This document shows, piece after piece, positions 47,696-55,992 of a stretch of 64,000 nucleotides of DNA. A program made the translations under genes and the position numbers. Position 1 is the first letter of the stretch, and each line of letters starts with the position of its first letter. The notes beneath the pieces are model-generated. The model saw nothing but the letters and a program-made list of their open reading frames with translations, ran no database searches and was not told the DNA's origin. Source of the stretch: Candidatus Limnocylindrales bacterium (GTDB lineage: Bacteria; Chloroflexota; Limnocylindria; Limnocylindrales; CSP1-4); contig JBEKPB010000010.1 of the NCBI GenBank assembly GCA_049521175.1, positions 6,553 to 70,552 on the forward strand. The letters are read 5' to 3'.

Positions 47696-48085
47696 ATGCA
47701 GACGACATTGACCAGTCTCATCAAGGAGCGAGGGCAGACGTACGCGTCGATCGCCCACCGGACCGGTCTCCAGGCGCGAACGGTCCGAATGATCGCCACG
47801 GGCGAGACGCCGATGGACCGCGTCACGGTCGGGACCGTCCGGCAGATAGCAGCCGCCCTCGGCGTGACTGCCGCAGACCTGATCGAGCCCGCCTTGCCCT
47901 ATCCGGGCGACCCGGCACTCTCGCGGTCCGATCGCCTCTCGCATGCGATCCGCGAGGTGATGTGGGGGACCACGGCGCCCGAAGCCTACCCGTCGCCGGT
48001 CGAGTCGCTGGACGATCCGCTCGCCCATGTCCAGCCGGCCGACTTCTTCGCCGGAACCCAGGCCATCGATGCCGATCGGGGCTGA
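47696..48085 (+). CDS. XRE family HTH protein
   Basis: Starts LIKERGQTYASIAHRTGLQARTVRMIATGETPMDRVTVGTVRQIAAALGVTAADLI (HTH_3-like). Confidence 0.7.
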   Translation: MQTTLTSLIKERGQTYASIAHRTGLQARTVRMIATGETPMDRVTVGTVRQIAAALGVTAADLIEPALPYPGDPALSRSDRLSHAIREVMWGTTAPEAYPSPVESLDDPLAHVQPADFFAGTQAIDADRG

Positions 48086-48812
48086 AGCATATCGGCGGGT
48101 CGAGCCAGACGCCGAGCTTTCGTGCGGGGACATCGCCTACCTGACGTTGGCTCGTACCCGCGAACTGGGGGAGGCCCCTCCCGGCAACGCATACGATCCG
48201 GTCGGGCGCGTCCCGGCCTATCCCATGCCCGCGACGCTGGCTCTCGCCCACGGGCGCGAGGTCGCCGTCGACACGATGTTCGGCCTGGTGGTCACGCACT
48301 CGTGCGAGATCGACCGCCAGAAGAACCGTGGCGCAGACGAGGGCCACTGGGACTGCCGCCTCACCGTCGCACCGATAGTTCCGGAGCCACGCGTTCGGAT
48401 ACGTGGCGATACCGCGACGGAAACCGCCGACTGGGATGCGATCGCCGCGAACGTGCCCGTCGCCTCGCTCTATCTGCCTGGCGTGGCCGATCTTTCGGCG
48501 ATGGATCCGGAGCTGCCGGCGATGCCCTGGCCGCGCGCCTTCGCCGACCTGCGCGGTCTCTCGACAGTCTCACGGCAAATGGTCCGCGCCGATCGGCTCA
48601 TGGGGCTCTCGCCCGATTATCTCGGCGTGCTGCAGCGTCAGCTAGTCCGGTTCTTCGTCTGGCGGGATGTCGCGCGGCACGAGCAGGTGGAGGCGATGGT
48701 CGGCCGCCGGATCGTGTCGGCCATTCCTGCCAGCCCAAAGGGCGACCGCTTGGCCGTGGCGTTGACGGCCGACGACGGCAGCTCGATCACGGTGGAGTTG
48801 CTGGCGAGGTAG
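48069..48812 (+). CDS. hypothetical protein, overlaps the XRE gene by 17 nt
   Basis: ATG 48069 gives 247 aa. Contains GDIAYLTL...GLVVTHSCEIDRQ...RLTVAPIVPEP. No family recognised with confidence. Confidence 0.55.
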   Translation: MPIGAEAYRRVEPDAELSCGDIAYLTLARTRELGEAPPGNAYDPVGRVPAYPMPATLALAHGREVAVDTMFGLVVTHSCEIDRQKNRGADEGHWDCRLTVAPIVPEPRVRIRGDTATETADWDAIAANVPVASLYLPGVADLSAMDPELPAMPWPRAFADLRGLSTVSRQMVRADRLMGLSPDYLGVLQRQLVRFFVWRDVARHEQVEAMVGRRIVSAIPASPKGDRLAVALTADDGSSITVELLAR

Positions 48813-48985
48813 GCGCGCTGTGCGTGCGCCGACGGCTCAGAGGCTAACGCGAAGCGAGCGCCCGCGCCGTGTCGACGGCAAGGGGAGATTCGTACCGGTC
48901 TAGTGGGGTTTGACGGCGTGTAGACTCGGGGGCGTCTCGAGTCTGCTCCGCGAGGAGCGATGCAACGCTTGGGGTAGGGGACACG

Positions 48986-49801
48986 ATGGGGGAACTCGCC
49001 ATCGAGAGGAGCGCCAGGGCTCCGATCCGCGACGCCTTCAACGGCTGGTTCGTCACCCACGAGGTAGCGTGGGAGCTGGCGATGGCGGCGCTAGCGATCG
49101 TCTACGTGGCGCTCGGGTTCATCGTCGACGAGGCGACCTCCGAGCGCCCGGAGATCGCGGCAGCTGAACTCATCCTTACCGGCATCTTCGTCCTCGAATT
49201 CGGCTCGCGCATTCTCGCCGCTCGCAGCCGGCTCGCCTACTTCCGCGGCCACTGGATCGATGTCATCGCCCTCGCGCCCCCGATCCGCGTCGCCCGGGTC
49301 CTTCGGCTGCTGCGACTGCTTCGCCTCGTTCGAGCCTTCGCCGGCATCTATCGGGCCGGGATGCACGTCCACGGCCTGGCTCGACACAAGGGCTTCGCCT
49401 GGCTGCTGCTCGCCTGGCTCGGCGTCATGGCCGTCTGTTCGGCGTGGCTTTACATCGCCGAACACGGCGTCAACAAGGCGATCGACTCGCCGTTCGACGC
49501 GCTCTGGTGGGGCGTCGTCACCCTCACCACCGTCGGCTACGGCGACGTCACCCCGCTGACCACCGAGGGCCGCATCGCCGCCATGGCCCTGATGCTCCTC
49601 GGCATCGGCCTCTTCGGCGCCATCACCGCCACGATCACGAGCTACCTGCTTTCTCGCGACAGCCACCACGACCCGGACCACTCTCTAGCGGGCGACCTCG
49701 AACGGCTGGCGGCACTACATCGCTCGGGAGACCTGACGACGGACGAGTTCGCCGCCGCGAAAGGGCTGTTGATCAAGCATCCAAACAGCGGGCCGACATA
49801 G
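48986..49801 (+). CDS. voltage-sensor-type K+ channel with C-terminal SHOCT domain
   Basis: S4-like RVARVLRLLRLLRLVRAF and selectivity filter TTVGYGD. C-terminal LERLAALHRSGDLTTDEFAAAKGLL is a SHOCT-like short oligomerisation motif. Confidence 0.85.
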   Translation: MGELAIERSARAPIRDAFNGWFVTHEVAWELAMAALAIVYVALGFIVDEATSERPEIAAAELILTGIFVLEFGSRILAARSRLAYFRGHWIDVIALAPPIRVARVLRLLRLLRLVRAFAGIYRAGMHVHGLARHKGFAWLLLAWLGVMAVCSAWLYIAEHGVNKAIDSPFDALWWGVVTLTTVGYGDVTPLTTEGRIAAMALMLLGIGLFGAITATITSYLLSRDSHHDPDHSLAGDLERLAALHRSGDLTTDEFAAAKGLLIKHPNSGPT

Positions 49802-52102
49802 ATGTCAGGCGAGGATTGGAACCACGAGGTTACGGGGATCGTGGCTGACGCTCGCGCGTCCTTTGAGGTCCCGCCAGCCGTATTCAACCTGCGATCTCTG
49901 GGTTGGAAGTCATTCCAGGACCTGTGCGGTACCGTCCTGGGCGTGGTCTTGGGACAGACCGTTCAGCAGTTCCGGCCGACACGCGACGCAGGACGGGACC
50001 TCGCCTTCGAGGGTACCTGGAAGCCAATTGGCGGCGAGGTGCTCTCAGGCAAGTTCGTCGTCCAATGCAAGCACAAGGCGGACAAGGCCTTCTATCCATC
50101 AGATCTTGCCAAAGATCTGCCAAAGGCGAAGGCGCTCGTCCGGGCCGGTCGGTGCGAAACGTACGTTCTCATGACCAACGCGCCAATGACCGCGGCTACA
50201 GCCGGTGATATCGAGGATGCTCTCAGGAAATGTGGGGTTGTGCACCCCTTTGTCGTCGGGGGGGATCTGCTGGATCGATACATTCGAGAGACGCCGCGGC
50301 TGAGGGCCCTGGTGCCACGCCTGTACGGGCTTGGTGATCTCACGCAAGTGCTCGATCAGCGCAGATATGACCAAGCGATCGCTTTGCTTTCATCCATGCG
50401 CGATGAGATATCGAAGTTCGTTGTGACCGAGCCATACCGGAGGGCCGTCGAGGCACAGATGGAGCACGGGTTCGTGTTGCTCTTGGGCGCACCTGCTTCT
50501 GGCAAGTCGATGATCGCATCGGCTCTCGCGGCCGCCTCGATAGATATGTGGGGGTGTCGACCCATTCGGGCCGAAACGCCAGACTCTTTCATTGCATCCT
50601 GGAACCCCAATGAGCCCGACCAATTCTTCTGGTTCGACGATGCCTTTGGCTCGACTCAATACCGACAGCGACGTGCCGATGAGTGGAATGTGGTCCTACC
50701 GCAGCTTAGGGCGGCCATCAATCGTGGGGCCAGGTTCGTCATGACCTCACGAGACTACATTTGGGCTGATGCCCGTAACGACCTGAAGCTGAGCGCCTTC
50801 AGTCCTCTTGAGACGGGCCAGGTCGTGATTGATGTGCATGACCTTACTCCTGACAACAAGCGGCACATCCTATACAACCACCTGAAGTACGGCCAGCAGC
50901 CCAAATCTTTCCGCACCGCGGTCAAGCCTCTTCTCGAGCCAGTCGTGAGCGTCACGACCTTTCTGCCCGAGGTGGCCCGTCGACTTGGCGATCCCAACTT
51001 TACCAAGAGGCTGAAGCTGACTCAGGCCGAAGTCATCCGCTTCTTCGATCATCCCCTAGATCATCTGAAGGAGGTGGTGGCCGGGCTCGCTGCTGCCGAG
51101 TTTGCAGCCCTAACCCTATTGTTCATGGCTCAAGGTGAGAGATCGGCGCCGATTACGCCATCAAAGGACGAACTTGGCGCACTGCGCCGTCTCGGAGTGA
51201 GCCTTGCTGACGCCTTGGATGGTCTTCAGGCCCTTCGGGGAAGTCTTGTCGTACTCGGACCAGGCTCTTCGTCCCAGAGGAGCCTTCAGTGGTCTTTCAA
51301 GCATCCAACGATCGCGGATGCCGTGAGGACAAGAATCGCGGCGCGATACGAACTCCTTGAGATCTACCTGATGGGAGCGCCCGTGGCCGCGCTAGTCTCC
51401 GAAGTAACGTGCGGCAACACTCGAATCCCGGGAGCCCTAGTCATCCCAGAGCGCTTCTTCGCGCGAGTGGCGGCTAGGTTGAAGGAAGCGGAGCCCTCAT
51501 ATGAACTGAAGCTCGCAATCGCCAACTTCCTCGTCACCCGGTGCAGCAAGGACTTCCTAAGACTCCACGCCGGCGACCTACGAGATATCGAGATTGAGCC
51601 CGATGAGCCCGGTAGCGTCAGAATCGCCGGAAGGCTCAAGCGCCTGGGGCTTCTGTCAGAAACGACTCGCACCAAGATGGTTGCCCACTTCCAAGAACAA
51701 GCCGTTGATAACCTCGACTTACGCATTCTGACCGACGAGGCAGTCACGCAACTTGTCACGCCCTCCGAGCTCGAGGAAACAAAGACAATGCTTAGGGCCG
51801 AGGTGATAGATGGACTTCGGTGGTATATCGATGCCCAAAGGGATAACTACGATGGCGCGGAAGACCCAGACGACGTCGTATACGGCGTCCGCCTTACCCT
51901 CGAGGCGTTGATCGAGGAGTTCCCCGAAGACCAGGAAGTCGCTGCTGCCGTTACGGCGGCAGAACAAGACACTGACCGGCTGTATGAGAGCCTGCAGGAA
52001 TCATGGAGCGTTGGACCGGATGTGGACGACGATGATTGGCGCGACTACCGTGACTCCGCCAACTGGGTCCCGTCCTCGATATTCGATGACGTTGACGAAT
52101 AG
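49802..52102 (+). CDS. Mrr-cat (PD-(D/E)xK) nuclease fused to a STAND-type P-loop NTPase (NLR/Avs-like)
   Basis: The N-terminus GRDLAFEG...KFVVQCKH fits the D...(Q/E)xK Mrr-type core. Also present: Walker A GAPASGKS, Walker B FFWFDDAF, FVMTSRD, and winged-helix-like WSFKHPTIADAV. An approximately 260-aa helical C-terminal region ends in an acidic tail. The ATG directly follows the channel gene TAG. Four counted 60-nt lines give 50-62% GC, versus 72% in one counted channel-gene line. Confidence 0.75.
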   Translation: MSGEDWNHEVTGIVADARASFEVPPAVFNLRSLGWKSFQDLCGTVLGVVLGQTVQQFRPTRDAGRDLAFEGTWKPIGGEVLSGKFVVQCKHKADKAFYPSDLAKDLPKAKALVRAGRCETYVLMTNAPMTAATAGDIEDALRKCGVVHPFVVGGDLLDRYIRETPRLRALVPRLYGLGDLTQVLDQRRYDQAIALLSSMRDEISKFVVTEPYRRAVEAQMEHGFVLLLGAPASGKSMIASALAAASIDMWGCRPIRAETPDSFIASWNPNEPDQFFWFDDAFGSTQYRQRRADEWNVVLPQLRAAINRGARFVMTSRDYIWADARNDLKLSAFSPLETGQVVIDVHDLTPDNKRHILYNHLKYGQQPKSFRTAVKPLLEPVVSVTTFLPEVARRLGDPNFTKRLKLTQAEVIRFFDHPLDHLKEVVAGLAAAEFAALTLLFMAQGERSAPITPSKDELGALRRLGVSLADALDGLQALRGSLVVLGPGSSSQRSLQWSFKHPTIADAVRTRIAARYELLEIYLMGAPVAALVSEVTCGNTRIPGALVIPERFFARVAARLKEAEPSYELKLAIANFLVTRCSKDFLRLHAGDLRDIEIEPDEPGSVRIAGRLKRLGLLSETTRTKMVAHFQEQAVDNLDLRILTDEAVTQLVTPSELEETKTMLRAEVIDGLRWYIDAQRDNYDGAEDPDDVVYGVRLTLEALIEEFPEDQEVAAAVTAAEQDTDRLYESLQESWSVGPDVDDDDWRDYRDSANWVPSSIFDDVDE

Positions 52103-52183
52103 TGCGGCCACCACTGAGTTGGCAGACGACTAGTCAACAGCCCTGCGAAGTCTATCGTGGCGTTTGCCTTGAGCGACCTCGCC

Positions 52184-52318
52184 CTATTTGTGCTTCTTGC
52201 TCGGAGTCTGGCTGAGCGCACTGCCCGCTACTTCCTTGACCTTCGGCGAAGACTTGGGATTCGTCAGCAGCTTGCTCGCGTCGGAGGCAACCTTGGGGCT
52301 CGTGGTCTTGTTTGCCAT
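52184..52318 (-). CDS. small Lys/Ser/Pro-rich protein (44 aa)
   Basis: MANKTTSPKVASDASKLLTNPKSSPKVKEVAGSALSQTPSKKHK. The ATG is preceded by GAAGGAGCAAGGA and lies 30 nt downstream of the nrdJ stop. It is below the length cut-off of the ORF track. Confidence 0.45.
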   Translation of the reverse strand: MANKTTSPKVASDASKLLTNPKSSPKVKEVAGSALSQTPSKKHK

Positions 52319-52348
52319 TCCTTGCTCCTTCGGTGAGTGACTCGATCT

Positions 52349-55300
52349 TTACGAGCAGCCGCTCGTGGAGCCGCAGTTGAGGCACTTGTAGCAGCTGCCG
52401 TTGCGGACCATGATCGAGCCGCATTCGGCGCAGGAGGGGGCGTCGGCCTGGGCCGCGAACGTGACCTGGGCCTTGCCGATGCCGAGGCTGCCGAGGGTGA
52501 CGCGGGCGGCGGCACCGTTGCCATTTCCGTTGGAGTGGCCGTTGTTGGCCCCTGAGCGAGGGGCGTCGTTCGGCCACTCTCTGGCGGGCGGCGGGGTGGG
52601 GGATTCGGAGCCCGGAGCTGCAACTGCCGTCGTTGGGCCGGCTTCGCCGGCATTGCCACTCGGCGCGGAAGCCGGCGCTGCGGCGCCAGATCCACCACTT
52701 CCTGAAGTCCCGGCGCCACCAGAATCTGCGGAGGACGAACCGCCGAGACCGAGGTTCAGCGGCTGCACCGAAGATTCCGCGGTCGCCGACCGGTCGACCA
52801 GACCAAGCGCAGCTCGTTCTTCGGGCGGCAGGAACCGCGAGCCCATCCAGCGGAAGATGTAGTCGATGATCGACTTGGCGATGGGAATCTCGGGATTCGA
52901 GGTGAAGCCCGACGGCTCGAAACGGACGTGGGCGAACTTGTGGACCAGGTCGTGCAGCGGCACCCCGTACTGGAGGGCGACGCTGACCGTGGTAGCGAAG
53001 GTGTCCATCAGGCCGCTGATCGTGGAGCCTTCCTTGGCCATCTTGAGGAAGATCTCGCCCGGCTGGCCGTCGTCGTAGAGGCCGACCGTTATGTAGCCCT
53101 CGTGGCCGGCGATGTCGAACTTGTGGGTGAGGGCACGGCGTTCGTCGGGGAGGCGGCGTCGGTACGGCTTCGGCTCGACCGGAGTCGGGGCTGCGACCGG
53201 CGCCGCCAGCTCAACCTCCTTGTCCTTCTTCTTGCCCGTCGAGAGGGGCTGTGATCGCTTCGAATTGTCGCGGTAGATCGCGATCGCCTTGAGGCCCATC
53301 CGCCAGCCCTCAAGGTAGACCGTCTCGATCTCGTCGGGCGTGGCCGCTTCGGGCATGTTGACCGTCTTGCTGATCGCGCCAGAGAGGAACGGCTGGACCG
53401 CCGACATCATCCGCAGGTGGCCCATGTAGTGGATGGAACGAGTGCCGTTCATCGGCTTGAAGGCGCAGTCGAAGACCGAAAGGTGCTCGGGCTTGAGCTC
53501 CGGGGCGCCTTCGATCGTCTCGCGGTCGTTGATGTAGGCCACGATCGAATCGACCTGCTCGGGCGTGTAGCCGAGCTTTCGCAGGGCGGCCGGCACGGTC
53601 TGGTTGACGATCTTGAGGAAGCCCTCGCCGACCAGCTTCTTGTACTTCACCAGGGCGATGTCCGGCTCGATGCCGGTGGTATCGCAATCCATCATAAATG
53701 AAATAGTGCCGGTTGGGGCCAACAGACTGGTTTGTGCATTTCTAAAGCCGTATAGGCGGCCCAAAGATAGAGTGTCGTCCCATATATCTCGTGCAGCGCG
53801 GTGCATGTCCGTGGGGACGCTCTGCTTGTCCGGGATGCCGTGGGCCGCGTCGCGATGCTTCTCGATGACGCGGAGGAACGGCTCCTCGTTCTTGCTGTAC
53901 TCGGCGAACGGGCCGCCGTGGTCGCGGGCCACGATCGCGCTCTGGCGGTATGCCTCCGCGGTCATGATCGAAGTGATGGCCGCAGCATATGCCTGGCCTT
54001 CGGGGGAGTCGTAGGCGAGGCCGCGGCTCATCAGCAGCGCACCGAGGTTGGCGTAGCCCAGGCCGAGGGGCCGGAACCGATGCGAGTTCTCCTCGATCTT
54101 GGGCGTCGGGTAACTCGCGTTGTCGACGAGTATCTCCTGGGCGGTGATGGTGACGCGGCAGGCGTACTCGAAGCCCGCCACATCAAATTCGCCGTCCTCG
54201 CGCACGAACTCCATCAGGTTGAGCGACGCTAAATTACAACTAGAATCGTTAATGAAGCTGTACTCACTGCAGGGGTTAGTGGCGTACTGCCGGGCCGAGT
54301 TGCTGACCGGGTTCCAGTCGTTGATCGTGGTGTCGTACTGGATGCCCGGGTCGCCGCAGACCCACGCCGCCTCGGCCATCTCGCGGAAAAGGTGGCGGGC
54401 CTTGTAGGTGTCCATTGGCTTCTCGTCGACCACGGAGCGCGTGGTCCACGTGCCGTCGTCCACCACGGCGCGCATGTAGTCGTCGGTCACGCGGACCGAG
54501 TGATTGGCGTTCTGGAACGCGACAGAGCCGTAGGCCTCGCCGGTGAAGGACGGGTCGTAGCCGGCCTCGATCAGGGCCCAGGCCTTCTTCTCCTCGCGGA
54601 GCTTGCAGTTGATGAACTCCTCGATGTCGGGGTGGGTGACGTCGAGGATCACCATCTTCGCCGCGCGGCGGGTCTTGCCGCCCGACTTGACCACGCCGGC
54701 GAACGCGTCGTAGCCGCGCATGAAGCTCACCGGGCCCGAGGCGGTGCCGCCGCCCGACATCTTCTCCTTGCTCGATCTCAGCGTGGAGAGGTTGGAGCCC
54801 GCGCCCGAGCCGAACTTGAACAGCATGGCCTCGGTCTTGGCCAGGTCCATGATCGAGCTCATCGAGTCCTGGACCGAGTTGATGAAGCAGGCCGAGCACT
54901 GCGGGTGCTCTTCCACGCCGACGTTGAACCAGACCGGCGAGTTGAACGCCATCTTCTGGTGGACGAGCAGGTGTGTCAGCTCGGCCTGGAACGCGCGCAG
55001 GTCTTCGTCCGTGGCGAAGTAATGCTGCGTCTCGGCCCAGCCGGCGATGGTGTTGACGACGCGGTCGATCAGCTGGCGGACACTCGTTTCGCGGCCGGCC
55101 GTGCCGACGTGGCCGCGGAAGTACTTGCTGACGACCACGTTCGTGGCCAGCTGGCTCCAGAATGCCGGGACCTCGACGCCCTTCTGCTCGAAGACGTTGA
55201 CGCCCTTCTCGTTGCCGATGCTGGCGGTCCGGATTTCCCACTCGATCTCGTCGTAGGGGTGGACGCCCGGCGTGGTCCAGCGGCGCGGGAAATGGAGGCC

Positions 55301-55555
55301 TTTGACGCCGATGCCGGTGAAGCGGCCGTCGGGGAGCATCGGGCCCGTGCCTTCAGCCATGACGGGGATCGTGGTGGCCGTGGCTGGGGCCGTGGCTCCG
55401 GCTGCGGCTCCGCTCGCTGGGGCTGCGGCTCCGGCTGCGGCTCCGGCCGGCGGGGTCGCGGCGGCCGTGGCTTCGGGGGTCGCGCTCGCGGGGGCGCTCG
55501 CTGCGGCTCGACTCATTTCCTGCACCTCTCTGGGCTCTGACTGGTGTTCGTTCAT
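52349..55555 (-). CDS. nrdJ: adenosylcobalamin-dependent ribonucleoside-diphosphate reductase (class II)
   Basis: 1068 aa. Contains TNPCSEY (thiyl-radical Cys loop) and LLAPTGTIS. A C-terminal Gly/Ser/Ala linker is followed by a CxxC...CxxC zinc ribbon. The alternative start ATG 55516 has a better SD (GAGGTGCAGGAA). Confidence 0.95.
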   Translation of the reverse strand: MNEHQSEPREVQEMSRAAASAPASATPEATAAATPPAGAAAGAAAPASGAAAGATAPATATTIPVMAEGTGPMLPDGRFTGIGVKGLHFPRRWTTPGVHPYDEIEWEIRTASIGNEKGVNVFEQKGVEVPAFWSQLATNVVVSKYFRGHVGTAGRETSVRQLIDRVVNTIAGWAETQHYFATDEDLRAFQAELTHLLVHQKMAFNSPVWFNVGVEEHPQCSACFINSVQDSMSSIMDLAKTEAMLFKFGSGAGSNLSTLRSSKEKMSGGGTASGPVSFMRGYDAFAGVVKSGGKTRRAAKMVILDVTHPDIEEFINCKLREEKKAWALIEAGYDPSFTGEAYGSVAFQNANHSVRVTDDYMRAVVDDGTWTTRSVVDEKPMDTYKARHLFREMAEAAWVCGDPGIQYDTTINDWNPVSNSARQYATNPCSEYSFINDSSCNLASLNLMEFVREDGEFDVAGFEYACRVTITAQEILVDNASYPTPKIEENSHRFRPLGLGYANLGALLMSRGLAYDSPEGQAYAAAITSIMTAEAYRQSAIVARDHGGPFAEYSKNEEPFLRVIEKHRDAAHGIPDKQSVPTDMHRAARDIWDDTLSLGRLYGFRNAQTSLLAPTGTISFMMDCDTTGIEPDIALVKYKKLVGEGFLKIVNQTVPAALRKLGYTPEQVDSIVAYINDRETIEGAPELKPEHLSVFDCAFKPMNGTRSIHYMGHLRMMSAVQPFLSGAISKTVNMPEAATPDEIETVYLEGWRMGLKAIAIYRDNSKRSQPLSTGKKKDKEVELAAPVAAPTPVEPKPYRRRLPDERRALTHKFDIAGHEGYITVGLYDDGQPGEIFLKMAKEGSTISGLMDTFATTVSVALQYGVPLHDLVHKFAHVRFEPSGFTSNPEIPIAKSIIDYIFRWMGSRFLPPEERAALGLVDRSATAESSVQPLNLGLGGSSSADSGGAGTSGSGGSGAAAPASAPSGNAGEAGPTTAVAAPGSESPTPPPAREWPNDAPRSGANNGHSNGNGNGAAARVTLGSLGIGKAQVTFAAQADAPSCAECGSIMVRNGSCYKCLNCGSTSGCS

Positions 55556-55953
55556 CTTCGGGGCGTCTTCAGCGGTTCATGTTCTTGGGAGCGGCGCGGG
55601 CGGCGGTGGAGTGGATTGGCGAGTGGCTTCGTGTGTGGCGTGGCGCGGAGTCGGGCAACCGGAACGACCGACACTGCTCTGATGGGCAGTCGCCGCTTGT
55701 TCCTCGCATCTGCGGGCCGGCCGACCTCCACGTCTGTCGCCGGTCCGCCCATCCCTTCGCCGGTTATCCGTGCCGATCGCCGCGAGTCGGGCGGCGTCCG
55801 GGTCTCGAGTGGCCGGTCGAAGTGGTGGTGACGATAGCTGCGAGTGCTCTGGCGATTTGCCTCCCGACGGGGGCTTGGGGCGCCGATCCGGCCGACTCTC
55901 CGTGGCCTCGTCGACGCCTTCCGGGTCCTCTCGGCAACCCGGCCGACCGATGG

Positions 55954-55983
55954 AATGTACGCCTGCCGTCCTGCCACAGTCAA
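55954..55983 (-). promoter_or_regulatory. candidate sigma-70-like promoter for nrdJ
   Basis: On the minus strand, TTGACT (55983-55978), an 18-nt spacer, then TACATT (55959-55954). It lies 9 bp downstream of the NrdR-like box and implies a leader of about 390 nt. Confidence 0.35.
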
Positions 55984-55992
55984 GTCCCAAAA

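Noticed and set aside
55556-55950. Cobalamin riboswitch in the nrdJ leader
   Set aside because: Only loose resemblances exist (GCCACTCGAGACC versus B12-box-like GCCACTG/GGAGACC, and GGGAGGCAAATCGCC). The AGGGAA...GGTG.AA..CC core could not be aligned by eye. This needs an Infernal scan and is not claimed.
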